The notes: generated by a model from the letters alone, not told the origin. A DNA stretch of 18,449 nucleotides from an uncultured archaeon (GCA_964510585.1 CAZECW010000096.1:1-18449); one strand, 5' to 3'. Positions 7,547-16,921 are shown, counted from the first letter of the stretch. Made by a program: numbers and translations.

Positions 7547-7572
7547 AATTTAAAAGAAGCAGCATTTCCCGA

Positions 7573-8127
7573 TTAATGCTTGTTTCTCCTTTTTATGATC
7601 TTCCCTAGTTCTTCGGGTTTAAAGGTTAGATTTGAGAAGATTTTGTTTTCTACTTGAATTGCTTTGCGCTCTAAATTGTTTATTACCTCTATGGATTCTT
7701 TATCTTTGCCGTAGCGTTTTCTGAGGTCCTTAAATCTCTCTTCTAAGGTCACAACCTTACTGTGGCGAACTCTCTTATCGGAATAGTTGACTAATTCTTC
7801 CTCCAGAATCCTTGATGAATCATTATTTTCATCTAAGAAGACATGTTGCTCTACTATTTTGGCAATTTCATTGTAACCTAGTTGCTTCATTAGGCGTCCT
7901 GCTTCATGGGCGTGGCTGGTTTTAGTTTTTAGACTATCCATCTTTTTGATGTCATGTAGTAGGGCGGCTGCTTCTATTTCTTCAAGGTTTAGGTTGTGAC
8001 CCTTTTTGTTGAGTTCAGTTGCCAGAAATACCGCTATCCTGCTAACCACTAGACTATGTTTGATTATGTTTGGGGGAACATTATATTTTTTCAGAAGTTC
8101 AAGGCAGCGTTTCCTATTGGGAATCAT
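7573..8127 (-). CDS. HD (HDIG)-domain metal-dependent phosphohydrolase
   Basis: IIKHS...AALLHDIKK...SHAHEAG...VEQH...VNYSDKR, giving the full H, HD, H, H, D ligand set. Confidence 0.9.
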   Translation of the reverse strand: MIPNRKRCLELLKKYNVPPNIIKHSLVVSRIAVFLATELNKKGHNLNLEEIEAAALLHDIKKMDSLKTKTSHAHEAGRLMKQLGYNEIAKIVEQHVFLDENNDSSRILEEELVNYSDKRVRHSKVVTLEERFKDLRKRYGKDKESIEVINNLERKAIQVENKIFSNLTFKPEELGKIIKRRNKH

Positions 8128-8347
8128 TTCTTCATCGTGAATCTCTTTGCGATTTGTTGTTTTTAAATTCTTTCTTCAAACGTGTGTTATTTCTGAAAAG
8201 TTTTTTGGGATATTCGCAAAAAAAGATTCACTTTGTGGGAAAAGTTTTTAATTTTTTGCGATTTTTACATTTTTAATTCTTATTTTTGCGACATATTTAT
8301 TAATTAGGAGAGAAGTACATATAACAGCGTTTAGAGGAGCGTCGCAG

Positions 8348-8608
8348 ATGTCCCGCCCTCAAACCAGCCAAGTAACATTATTCAAAAGCGTGATCCAGCA
8401 CATCTTCGAATCAAAATCGCTAGGCAGTGATTCCTGGAAACAGATATTTTACATTATAGCCACCTCCGCTTCCAAAATTTCCGGCATTCCTTTCGATCCC
8501 TTAGCGGTTGAATCTCCCGATAAAATGAAGGAGTTCGTGGAAAAGTGTTTAACAGCCAACCCCCAAGCAATTTCCTGCCTAATTTATGCTAACCAAATAT
8601 CACAGTAA
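8348..8608 (+). CDS. Hypothetical 86-aa protein, no family recognised
   Basis: SD GAGGAG 8 nt before ATG, TATA-like TATTTATTAA at about 8295-8304; fills an otherwise empty intergenic gap with no long overlapping ORF. Confidence 0.6.
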   Translation: MSRPQTSQVTLFKSVIQHIFESKSLGSDSWKQIFYIIATSASKISGIPFDPLAVESPDKMKEFVEKCLTANPQAISCLIYANQISQ

Positions 8609-8810
8609 TTATGGGGAAGTTTTAAACCTAAATATTTGAAGTTTTTAGCGGTAGGAGATGCCCCGAAAAAGTTTTCATATACCACCCTTTCTGTTTCGAC
8701 CCACCTAATGTTTTGAAAAACTTTTTTGGAGACAGTATCCAAAAATTGATCCCAGATTAACGTAAATTTTAACTACTCAAACTCACATTATTTGAGAGGA
8801 GGACACTGGC

Positions 8811-9878
8811 TTGCGTTTTGACAGAGCTTTTAAAGGTTTAGAGAGAAGGCTTAGTCTTGGACCTGGATATAAAGCCTTGGAAGAGGAAAAAAAGGGAGGG
8901 TTTGAAGTTAGGTGTTTTCAAAATAGTGTTTTGGGCTTTAATTATTTCCAGGTGATGGATCTTAAAAGACGTTTGCTTGAGATGTATGAGGGGGTTTCTC
9001 TTGAGGAGGCTGTTCCCGGTGAAGTTATTTCGAGTAATGTTGGTCAATGTTATTTGATTTGTTCAGAGTGTCAGTCAGAGTTTTACAATCGTTTGGAGGG
9101 GGCTCGGGAGTCCATTATTTCCAATTTCAAGTTTCTTCATGGTATAGGGGAGAAAACGGAAGCCAAGTTGAAGAGGAGGGGCTATAGAACCATTGAGGAT
9201 TTGACCAGACATCCTAAGTGGGGCAAGGCCGCCAGAGAGTTTTTGGATTTGCTTGATATGGGACATTTAAGGAGGGTTCAAGAATTATTGTGGCACAGGG
9301 TTCCCAAGTCTCATCCTATCTGTTTTCGATTGGCAGGTTTAAACCAAGAGGAAGATTTTGCGATGATAGATATTGAAACAATGGGTCTTTTTTCCAAGCC
9401 TATAATACTCCTAGGGGTGGCACATTCTGAGAGTGGAAAAATAAAAGTTCACCAGTATCTAGTGAGGAGTGTTGCAGAGGAAGTTGCAGCTCTAAAAGTG
9501 TTTATGGAGGAGTTAGGCAGGTTCAATGCAATTATATCCTATAATGGGAGGACTTTCGACATTCCATTCATAGAACAGAGGCTAAGCTATTATGGACTGA
9601 ACTCCAACATAGATAAGGCGCATTTTGATCTTCTGTACTTCATTCGAAGAGCTTGGCGTCAAACTATTCCAGACTGTGGGCTTCCCACAGTAGAAGAATT
9701 TATTTTGGGATTAAAGCGTGGAGACGAGGTTCCAGGTGCTCTGGTTCCAGAATTTTACAGAGAGTACCTCGAAACAAGGAATGTGGGACCTTTGGTCGCC
9801 ATAATTAATCATAACCGACAGGACATCATTAGTTTATCAAAATTATTTTCCAAGTTAAATGAGGCATTAATACAATGA
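8811..9878 (+). CDS. mrfB: RNase H-like DEDD(h) 3'-5' exonuclease with HhH motif, YprB/MrfB-like
   Basis: IDIETMG (D,E), SYNGRTFDIPF (D), HFDLL, NHNRQD (H,D); HhH FLHGIGEKT; SD GAGGAGG before TTG; ATGA overlap with the helicase. Confidence 0.85.
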   Translation: MRFDRAFKGLERRLSLGPGYKALEEEKKGGFEVRCFQNSVLGFNYFQVMDLKRRLLEMYEGVSLEEAVPGEVISSNVGQCYLICSECQSEFYNRLEGARESIISNFKFLHGIGEKTEAKLKRRGYRTIEDLTRHPKWGKAAREFLDLLDMGHLRRVQELLWHRVPKSHPICFRLAGLNQEEDFAMIDIETMGLFSKPIILLGVAHSESGKIKVHQYLVRSVAEEVAALKVFMEELGRFNAIISYNGRTFDIPFIEQRLSYYGLNSNIDKAHFDLLYFIRRAWRQTIPDCGLPTVEEFILGLKRGDEVPGALVPEFYREYLETRNVGPLVAIINHNRQDIISLSKLFSKLNEALIQ

Positions 9879-12202
9879 CCATAAAACCTGAGGATTTCCT
9901 TAATCAAATCAGAAGCAGTCTCAGCTACAATGGCCAAATAGAACACGTGGAGGTGATCCCCAAACGTGAAGCAAGATACGGCCAGTTGGATAGCCCGCTG
10001 CCAGAACCCTTGCAGAAATATTTGGATAAATGTGGAATAAGGCTTTATTCGCATCAAGCAAGAGCGATAAATGAAATCAGGAAGGGAAAAAACGTTATCA
10101 TAACCACACCCACAGCCTCGGGAAAAACTCTGTGTTTCAACCTACCAGTTCTGGAGAGAATCTACATTGACCCTAAAGCCACAGCTTTATACCTTTATCC
10201 CCTGAAGGCTCTAACCAACGACCAGCTGAAAGTTTTGAGACAATTGGAGAATGAAACAGGCATAAATCTCAATGCGAATATCTACGATGGTGACACGCCG
10301 AGTAGTCTTCGGCCGAAAATTAGAAGGGAATCCAACATCATTCTTAGCAACCCGTATGGACTCCACCTTTATCTTCCCTGGCACGATAAGTGGGCAAGAT
10401 TCTACACCAATTTGGCATTCATCATCCTAGACGAGGTACACATTTATCGGGGAGTATTCGGCTCCAATATGGCCATGCTCATGAGACGTTTACTACGAAT
10501 ATGTGAATATTATGGCTCCAATCCCCAGATAATTCTCTCCTCTGCAACAATTGCGAATCCTGATGAGCTATCCTCGAAACTCACTGGAAGAAAGTTTGAA
10601 GTTGTTTCGGATGACGGGGCAGCTCGGGGCCGGCGGTACTTCGTATTTTGGAATCCGCCCCCATTGGGTAAGGGGATCAGAGGCTCTCCCCACCAAGAAA
10701 CAAAAAATCTCCTAGCCAAACATGTGGCAAATAATATTCAGACTCTCTGTTTCACAGTTTCCCGAAAAATGGCAGAACTGGTAGCTAGATGGACGAGGGA
10801 AGAGATTCCAGAACTTAAGGATAAGATAACAGCTTATAGGGCGGGATATTTGCCCTCAGAGAGAAGAAACATAGAGAAAATGCTGAGAGAGAAACAACTT
10901 TTGGGTGTGGTCTCCACTAATGCCTTAGAGTTGGGCATCGACATTGGCTCGCTAGACGCAGTGATAATTTCGGGTTATCCTGGCACCATTATATCCACAT
11001 GGCAACAGGCGGGTAGAGCTGGTAGAGGAACAGACGATGCACTCATTACTCTGGTAGCTTTTGAAAACCCCCTTGACCAGTATTTTATGAAGCACCCGGA
11101 AAAATTTTTTGGAAAACCCCATGAACACGCCATCATAGATCTAGAAAACCCATATATCACCATGGGGCATTTAATATGTGCAGCCGCAGAACTCCCACTA
11201 AGGGATTCCGACTCCAAATATTTCTTACCCACAAATGCCGAGAAAGAGGGCAAAGAGTCTTCTGACATATTTTTGTCAGCCCTGAAGGTTCTCGAGTACC
11301 AAAAAGTAATTGGGGAAACTCCTAAGGGATTTGTTTACACTGGGACTGGTAGAGCTGTGGAAATGGTTTCTCTAGACAGCATTTCCAGTGACCAGGTGAA
11401 GGTGATTTGTGAAGGTAAGATTCTTGAGGTAATAGATCGCAATCGAGCCTATTCCGAAGCTCATAGAGGAGCAATTTTTCTGCATCAAGGCGAAACCTAC
11501 TTCGTCGAAAATTTAGACCTGAATAATGGAATAGCCTATGTTAGGAAGGAAGATGTGGACTACTACACAGAAGCTGCAGAAACATCTGACATAAAAATAA
11601 ATCGCGAATTCAAAGAAAAAACCTGTAATGACTTTACAGTAAAGCTGGGTGAAGTCACAGTAACCAAGATTTATAACAAGTATTTCTTGAAAAAGTATGA
11701 TGAAATTCTAGACGTTGAACCACTAGAGCTACCACCAATCGTATTTGACACCACCGCACTCTGGTTTATCATCCCCAACCACGTGGTGGAAAAAGTCAAA
11801 GAAAAGAATCTGGATTTTGAGGGAGGAATACACGCAGTCGAACACGCTATGATTGCCATGACACCCTACTTCGCCCTCTGCGACCGCAGAGACATAGGAG
11901 GGGTTTCAACCAATAAGCACCCAAACACTGGAAAGCCAACCATATTCATATACGACGGTTACCAGGGAGGCATAGGGATAAGTGAAAAAAATTACCAGCT
12001 CTTCCAAGAATTGGCAAGCAACACCCTAGAGCTAATTGAGGGCTGCGAGTGCGAAGACGGCTGTCCTTCCTGCATATATTCCCCGAAATGTGGAAACAAT
12101 AATGAACCATTAGACAAGAAAGCCGCAATAACCATACTGAGAGCGCTTAAAAAACATCCTAAAAGAACTGTTAAGGCATCGCAAAAAGATGGAAAAACTT
12201 AA
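9875..12202 (+). CDS. mrfA: SF2 DEAH-box helicase with C-terminal DUF1998 Zn domain (MrfA/YprA/SftH/Hrq1 clade)
   Basis: LYSHQ, TPTASGKT, YPLKALTNDQ, DEVH, SAT, YRAGY, STNALELGIDIG, QQAGRAGR; C-terminal IYDGYQGGIG and CECEDGCPSCIYSPKC. Confidence 0.92.
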   Translation: MTIKPEDFLNQIRSSLSYNGQIEHVEVIPKREARYGQLDSPLPEPLQKYLDKCGIRLYSHQARAINEIRKGKNVIITTPTASGKTLCFNLPVLERIYIDPKATALYLYPLKALTNDQLKVLRQLENETGINLNANIYDGDTPSSLRPKIRRESNIILSNPYGLHLYLPWHDKWARFYTNLAFIILDEVHIYRGVFGSNMAMLMRRLLRICEYYGSNPQIILSSATIANPDELSSKLTGRKFEVVSDDGAARGRRYFVFWNPPPLGKGIRGSPHQETKNLLAKHVANNIQTLCFTVSRKMAELVARWTREEIPELKDKITAYRAGYLPSERRNIEKMLREKQLLGVVSTNALELGIDIGSLDAVIISGYPGTIISTWQQAGRAGRGTDDALITLVAFENPLDQYFMKHPEKFFGKPHEHAIIDLENPYITMGHLICAAAELPLRDSDSKYFLPTNAEKEGKESSDIFLSALKVLEYQKVIGETPKGFVYTGTGRAVEMVSLDSISSDQVKVICEGKILEVIDRNRAYSEAHRGAIFLHQGETYFVENLDLNNGIAYVRKEDVDYYTEAAETSDIKINREFKEKTCNDFTVKLGEVTVTKIYNKYFLKKYDEILDVEPLELPPIVFDTTALWFIIPNHVVEKVKEKNLDFEGGIHAVEHAMIAMTPYFALCDRRDIGGVSTNKHPNTGKPTIFIYDGYQGGIGISEKNYQLFQELASNTLELIEGCECEDGCPSCIYSPKCGNNNEPLDKKAAITILRALKKHPKRTVKASQKDGKT

Positions 12203-12249
12203 TTTTGTTTTGCCCATTCTGGTTACAATTTCGTGTTTAATTGGAGAAA

Positions 12250-13335
12250 TTAGTGCACTCTTTCCTTGTCGAATCTTATCATTGCTCCGCTAATTTTTTC
12301 TTCAGGTATTTCTTCCCGCACCCTTATCATGGTTATGGCGTCGTGAGGACACTTGTGAGAGCAGATCCCGCAGCCAATGCATCTTTCTTCCAGTATCATT
12401 ATTTTGTCGTCGGACAAATCCTCATTGTGAGGGTAGTGGTGCCACATTGCTTGCATGGGGCAGTTTTTGACGCAGGTTTCGCAGAGTTCACAGGCTTCCC
12501 TGTTAATCTGTGGAAGGAAGTTGGATTTGGTTAGTGTACGGGGGTTATGTTGCCGTATGATTCCTCCTAGTATGCCACAGCAGCAGCTGCAGCAGTTGCA
12601 AATCATTACAGGTTTTTTGGCTTGGTTAGTTGTGTTATGAACAAGACCGTGGTCTTCACAGTCTTTGATTATTTCCAGAGCCTCTTCCTTGGTAACGTGC
12701 CGCGCTCCCCGATACTTGACCATGAAGTCTGCCATAGAGTCAAAGGTCATACAAACTTCGATTGGATTATCACATCTGCGGTTGAGCGACCTACAATAAC
12801 AGTTGAAAACAGCTATGGATCTAGAATCGGAAATGTACTCACTAATCTTTTCGAAGGGAAGCACCTCAGTAGTGGGATCCAATTTCTCCTCCACGGGAAT
12901 GGTTCTAAAAAGGGGATAATTAGACGCGGTAATTTCGTGTCCGAAGCCCGTATATTTTTCCATAAGTTTGTGAATCTCACGCTTCGCATCAGTTAACTGA
13001 CCCTGGCCTACATGATACTCAATGAGACCGGGAAGCAACATTAATAAGGAATAATGCAGCTTTCCGTCCTCCTTGCTTTGAAATTCGTTGATGAGCCCTC
13101 TCTTTGCAAGCCCTTCAAACATGGATTTTACGTGGTTTTCATCTAGTCCCAGTTGCTCCGCTGCCTGTTCTACTGTTTTTGCATCTATAACAGGCATTTT
13201 GTAGAGGGAGGAGAGGAACTCTGCCTCTTGGGGTGTGAACATCCTTTTGAGAATTTCGAATATCTCTTTCTGTTTTGGGAGCTTCATGAACCAGTTGTTC
13301 ATTATCATCCATAATTTCTCGTAGACATCAGACAA
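12250..13335 (-). CDS. Cys-rich Fe-S protein: N-terminal winged-helix-like region, CxC...C...CNCCSCCC middle domain, C-terminal 2[4Fe-4S] ferredoxin; TTG 13335 preferred over 13341
   Basis: CELCETCVKNCP and CIGCGICSHKCP motifs; FNCYC, GLVH, CNCCSCCCG; SD GGAGG is 7 nt before TTG 13335. Confidence 0.85.
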   Translation of the reverse strand: MSDVYEKLWMIMNNWFMKLPKQKEIFEILKRMFTPQEAEFLSSLYKMPVIDAKTVEQAAEQLGLDENHVKSMFEGLAKRGLINEFQSKEDGKLHYSLLMLLPGLIEYHVGQGQLTDAKREIHKLMEKYTGFGHEITASNYPLFRTIPVEEKLDPTTEVLPFEKISEYISDSRSIAVFNCYCRSLNRRCDNPIEVCMTFDSMADFMVKYRGARHVTKEEALEIIKDCEDHGLVHNTTNQAKKPVMICNCCSCCCGILGGIIRQHNPRTLTKSNFLPQINREACELCETCVKNCPMQAMWHHYPHNEDLSDDKIMILEERCIGCGICSHKCPHDAITMIRVREEIPEEKISGAMIRFDKERVH

Positions 13336-13486
13336 AGGCAATCCTCCGCTGAGAAAATAATGTAGAAACAGTTTTGGATAAGGGTTTTAAGAGTTTCTAA
13401 AATTTTTAAAAAGTATGAATAGTGGGTTAGTCTAAAAAAATAAAAATGGATTAAAAGAGGGTAAGGTGTAAGTTTCAGGTTGTTCC

Positions 13487-13636
13487 TTACTTTACAAACT
13501 TTTTGGGGTTTTCGTCAAAGGATTTCTTACAGCCGGGGGCGCAGAAATAGTAGGTTTTGCCCTTGTACTCGCTTTTAAATTTGGCTGTTTTGGGATCCAC
13601 TTCCATTTTGCACACGGGATCTATAGCTTTGGCCAT
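13487..13636 (-). CDS. Possible independently translated 49-aa YHS/TRASH protein, in frame within the copA 3' end
   Basis: Minus strand AAGGAGGAGAAAAAATG GCC AAA GCT ATA GAT CCC GTG TGC: a strong SD directly upstream of the Met that begins the domain. Confidence 0.45.
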   Translation of the reverse strand: MAKAIDPVCKMEVDPKTAKFKSEYKGKTYYFCAPGCKKSFDENPKKFVK

Positions 13637-16024
13637 TTTTTCTCCTCCTTTTTCTTTTTCCCTCCTTGTTTTTCTCTTTTGGGGGTTGAATCTTTTGAGT
13701 AAGAGTGAGTTTGTCACAACTGTGACTGAGCTCATTGCCATTGCCGCCGCTGCTAGGGCTGGGGGTAATAGTAGGGGGTAGAGTATTCCAGCCGCAATGG
13801 GGATAGCTATTATGTTGTATATGAAGGCCCAGAACAGGTTTTGCTTTATCTTGTTCACTGTTTTTTTGCTTAGGCTTATGGCTGATGCGATGTCTCTCAA
13901 GTCGTGTTTTATGAGTACTATGTCGCCGGTTTCGATTGCCACGTCGGTTCCTGAGCCTATGGCGATTCCCACGTCTGCCTGTGCTAGGGCTGGTGCGTCG
14001 TTTATTCCGTCGCCCACCATGGCTACTATTTTTCCCTCCCCTTGGAGTTTTTTCACCTCTTTTGCCTTGTCTTCTGGCAGTACTTCGTATAGCACTCGGT
14101 CTATGCCCACCTGGCTGGCTATGGCTTGGGCGGTTTTCTTATTATCACCAGTAATCATGACTACCTCTAGGTTCATGTTTTTTAGTTCTTGGATTGCTTC
14201 CATGGAGTTTTCCATTAGGGTGTCAGCAATGGCTATTAATCCTTTTACTTCTCCGTCTTCTGCTACGAATAGTACTGTTTTGCCCATTTCCTCAAGTTTT
14301 TGTGCCCGCCTTTCAAAACTGTTTTTCAGTTTTTCCTCTCTGACCAGTTTTTTGTTTCCCACCAGTATTTCCATCCCGTTAAGCTTCGCCTTCACTCCCT
14401 TCCCAGGATACTCATAGAAATCCTTTACCTCGGGGATTTTGATTCCATGTTCCTCGGCTTTTCTCACTATGGCTTCTGCTAGGGGATGCTCAGATTTCTT
14501 TTCCGCGGCCGCTGCTTTTTCTAGCACATCTCCCACTATGTCTGTTACTTCTGGTTCTCCTCTGGTTATGGTTCCGGTCTTGTCGAGAACTACGGTGTTA
14601 ATTTTGTATGCTTTTTCTAGGGCTTCTCCGCCTTTAAAGAGTATACCGGCTTCCGCTCCTTTACCTGTACCCACCATTATTGCGGTTGGGGTAGCCAGCC
14701 CCAGAGCGCAGGGACATGAAATGACCAAGATTGCGACAAGTATTAACATTGAGAACAGGGGACTCTTTTGACCTATGGTTACCCAGTATAGGAATGCTCC
14801 CAAAGCTAGGAGGATAACTGAGGGTACAAAAATTGAGGCAACCTTATCAGCTAAACTCTGGATGGGGGCCTTTGATCCTTGAGCTTCCTCCACCATGCGA
14901 ATTATTTGTGAAAGCATGGTATCTTTGCCAACCTTTTTGGCTTCCACCCGCAGGTAGCCGTTTTTGTTAATTGTGGAACCTATAACTGGGTCGCCTTTGT
15001 TCTTCTCAACGGGTATTGGCTCCCCCGTGATCATAGATTCGTCTACAGTGGAATAACCTTCTACCACAATTCCATCCACGGGAATTTTTTCGCCAGGCTT
15101 AATTACTAGAACATCCCCCACCACAACCTCATCTATGGATACTTCGACTTCCTTCCCATCTCGAAGTACAGTAGCGGTTTTTGCTTGGAGCTGTACTAGT
15201 TTCTTTACCGCCTCGCTGGTTCTTCCCTTAGCGATGGCTTCCAGAAGCTTCCCCAGTGAAATGAACAGTAGTATAAAGCACGAAGTATCGTAATATAATT
15301 GTCCGGGAATTACGAAGGTGGCAAATACGCTGTAGAAATAGGCTACCGATGTGCCCATGGCTATCAGCACATCCATATTTGCAGTCTTATTCTTGAGAGA
15401 GTAGTACGACCCCCTATAGAACTGGTAGCCTCCCACAAACTGTACCGGAGTAGCAAGTAGAAATAGAAATATGGGGTTTCGCATTATTTCTGGAACGGGA
15501 AAGGGAAGCAGATCCGCCATGCTTCCAAGAGCAACGGGAATAGTAAGTAAGAGTATAAATGCAAATATTCGTTTTTGCTTTGTAAGTTCTTTTGCTGCGG
15601 CTTTCTCGGAGTATTCATCCACTACCCGGTATCCTGCTTCCTTAACCGCTTTTTTCATATCACTAATGGTGGCTGGGGAGGTATAGGTGACAATGGCACT
15701 CTCAGATCCAAGACTAACCTCTGCTGAGAGTACACCTTCCACTTTTAGTAAGGCTTTCTCAACGGTCTGTACACAAGTTGCGCAGTGCATTCCAGCTATC
15801 TTTAGTCTTACTTTTTCCTTTTTAACGTCGTAACCAGACTTAGCTATCTGGTTATGTATGGAGCTTAGGGTAACCTTGCCTTCATCGAAGACAACAGTGG
15901 CACTCTCAGAGCCGAAACTTACTTCTGCCTTAGAAACGCCTTCCAGCTCATAAAGCGCCTTTTCTATGGTTCCAGCACAGGTTGCGCAGTGCATTCCCTG
16001 AACGGGAATTTTTTCTTTCCTCAT
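13487..16024 (-). CDS. copA: Cu(I)-translocating P1B-type ATPase with two N-terminal HMA domains and a C-terminal YHS/TRASH domain
   Basis: Two GMHCATC motifs, [27 protein letters not shown] and MxxSS transmembrane Cu(I) motifs; C-terminal DPVC...YYFCAPGC. Confidence 0.96.
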   Translation of the reverse strand: MRKEKIPVQGMHCATCAGTIEKALYELEGVSKAEVSFGSESATVVFDEGKVTLSSIHNQIAKSGYDVKKEKVRLKIAGMHCATCVQTVEKALLKVEGVLSAEVSLGSESAIVTYTSPATISDMKKAVKEAGYRVVDEYSEKAAAKELTKQKRIFAFILLLTIPVALGSMADLLPFPVPEIMRNPIFLFLLATPVQFVGGYQFYRGSYYSLKNKTANMDVLIAMGTSVAYFYSVFATFVIPGQLYYDTSCFILLFISLGKLLEAIAKGRTSEAVKKLVQLQAKTATVLRDGKEVEVSIDEVVVGDVLVIKPGEKIPVDGIVVEGYSTVDESMITGEPIPVEKNKGDPVIGSTINKNGYLRVEAKKVGKDTMLSQIIRMVEEAQGSKAPIQSLADKVASIFVPSVILLALGAFLYWVTIGQKSPLFSMLILVAILVISCPCALGLATPTAIMVGTGKGAEAGILFKGGEALEKAYKINTVVLDKTGTITRGEPEVTDIVGDVLEKAAAAEKKSEHPLAEAIVRKAEEHGIKIPEVKDFYEYPGKGVKAKLNGMEILVGNKKLVREEKLKNSFERRAQKLEEMGKTVLFVAEDGEVKGLIAIADTLMENSMEAIQELKNMNLEVVMITGDNKKTAQAIASQVGIDRVLYEVLPEDKAKEVKKLQGEGKIVAMVGDGINDAPALAQADVGIAIGSGTDVAIETGDIVLIKHDLRDIASAISLSKKTVNKIKQNLFWAFIYNIIAIPIAAGILYPLLLPPALAAAAMAMSSVTVVTNSLLLKRFNPQKRKTRREKEKGGEKMAKAIDPVCKMEVDPKTAKFKSEYKGKTYYFCAPGCKKSFDENPKKFVK

Positions 16025-16128
16025 TTTTACTTCCCCATCGATTCCAAAACTGTTAATAGATTCGTAACTCTTTTCCTTAACTTTTTCCCCACTCAGCTAC
16101 AAGTTTTTGGGATAAAAGTGGGATTACA

Positions 16129-16140
16129 ATTGTTAACAAT
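16129..16140. promoter_or_regulatory. Perfect 12-bp palindrome ATTGTTAACAAT, candidate repressor operator for copA
   Basis: Lies between the predicted TATA box and the expected transcription start. Confidence 0.45.
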
Positions 16141-16148
16141 GGTTCGAG

Positions 16149-16166
16149 TATAATAAAGGTTTCGCA
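16149..16166 (-). promoter_or_regulatory. Putative BRE + TATA promoter of copA
   Basis: Minus strand GCGAAACC-TTTATTATA, a good match to archaeal BRE/TATA, about 125 bp upstream of the ATG. Confidence 0.6.
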
Positions 16167-16216
16167 GGGTACACAAGCATACACAGCCGTAAACTCCGAA
16201 AAAATCTAAAATAAAA

Positions 16217-16735
16217 CTATAGTCTGAACCTTATCTCTTCCCGTCCCCCTATTTTGTCGCCCTTCCTAGCCCAGAGTATCAGAATGTTATCCATAATCTC
16301 GTACTCCATAGGGGTGGTGACTGATAGGATTTCGCAGCCCTCAGGAAACGTCCAAATAGCGTCACAATCATACTCCAGGAATTCTTCCTCCGTCACAGTC
16401 ACATAAACATTCTCCCCCTTTCTGAATTCGCCCTTAAAACTAATTACCCAGAGTATAAATGGACTGTTTTCGCTGCCGCGGAACTCAATATCAGTGTAAA
16501 TAACCTTGGGATAGACCTTTTTGCCGTTGACTATGTTTGTTTCTTCCTCAAGATATCCCTGCATGTTTAGCCAGAGTTTTTCTATCTCCCTCTCATACTC
16601 CTGTGGGTTTGCCTCTAGATTCAAATAGTATTCATCCGGGTCATAGTAGTCGTAGGTGAGAAGTTGATGGAATTCCCCACTGCATGACACACTAAAGAAT
16701 GCGTGGGCGTAAAGGGGAATAACATTGTCACTCAT
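16217..16735 (-). CDS. Acidic, aromatic-rich hypothetical protein
   Basis: 172-aa ORF with SD GGGTGG and a globular-looking composition; resembles, from memory only, an uncharacterised archaeal family. Confidence 0.8.
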   Translation of the reverse strand: MSDNVIPLYAHAFFSVSCSGEFHQLLTYDYYDPDEYYLNLEANPQEYEREIEKLWLNMQGYLEEETNIVNGKKVYPKVIYTDIEFRGSENSPFILWVISFKGEFRKGENVYVTVTEEEFLEYDCDAIWTFPEGCEILSVTTPMEYEIMDNILILWARKGDKIGGREEIRFRL

Positions 16736-16921
16736 GGGACTGCCACCCTTTTTTCTAATTAGTGGTTTAATGGGTTTTATTCGCTAGATTTTTAAAAGGG
16801 TTGACTATATTCCAGTTTAATAAATCTATTGAAGAATTATTGTACGACCTCGTAAATATTGCTTTGATATTGCACGAAAGAACAATAATTTATATGAGTC
16901 TACTGTTTATTTTCTTGAGTC

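Noticed and set aside
8658-8708. 16-aa micro-ORF MPRKSFHIPPFLFRPT
   Set aside because: GGAG abuts the ATG with no spacer; too short to support.
9875-12202. DUF1998 helicase as part of DISARM, Druantia or Dpd defence systems
   Set aside because: No DrmA/DrmC, DNA methylase, phospholipase D nuclease or other defence partners; a fused helicase-DUF1998 beside a YprB-type exonuclease fits the repair clade.
13797-14417. 206-aa plus-strand ORF
   Set aside because: Typical long antisense frame opposite the conserved P-type ATPase core.
16141-16150. GGTTCGA tRNA T-loop-like word
   Set aside because: No T-stem, acceptor stem or cloverleaf; it lies within the copA promoter.
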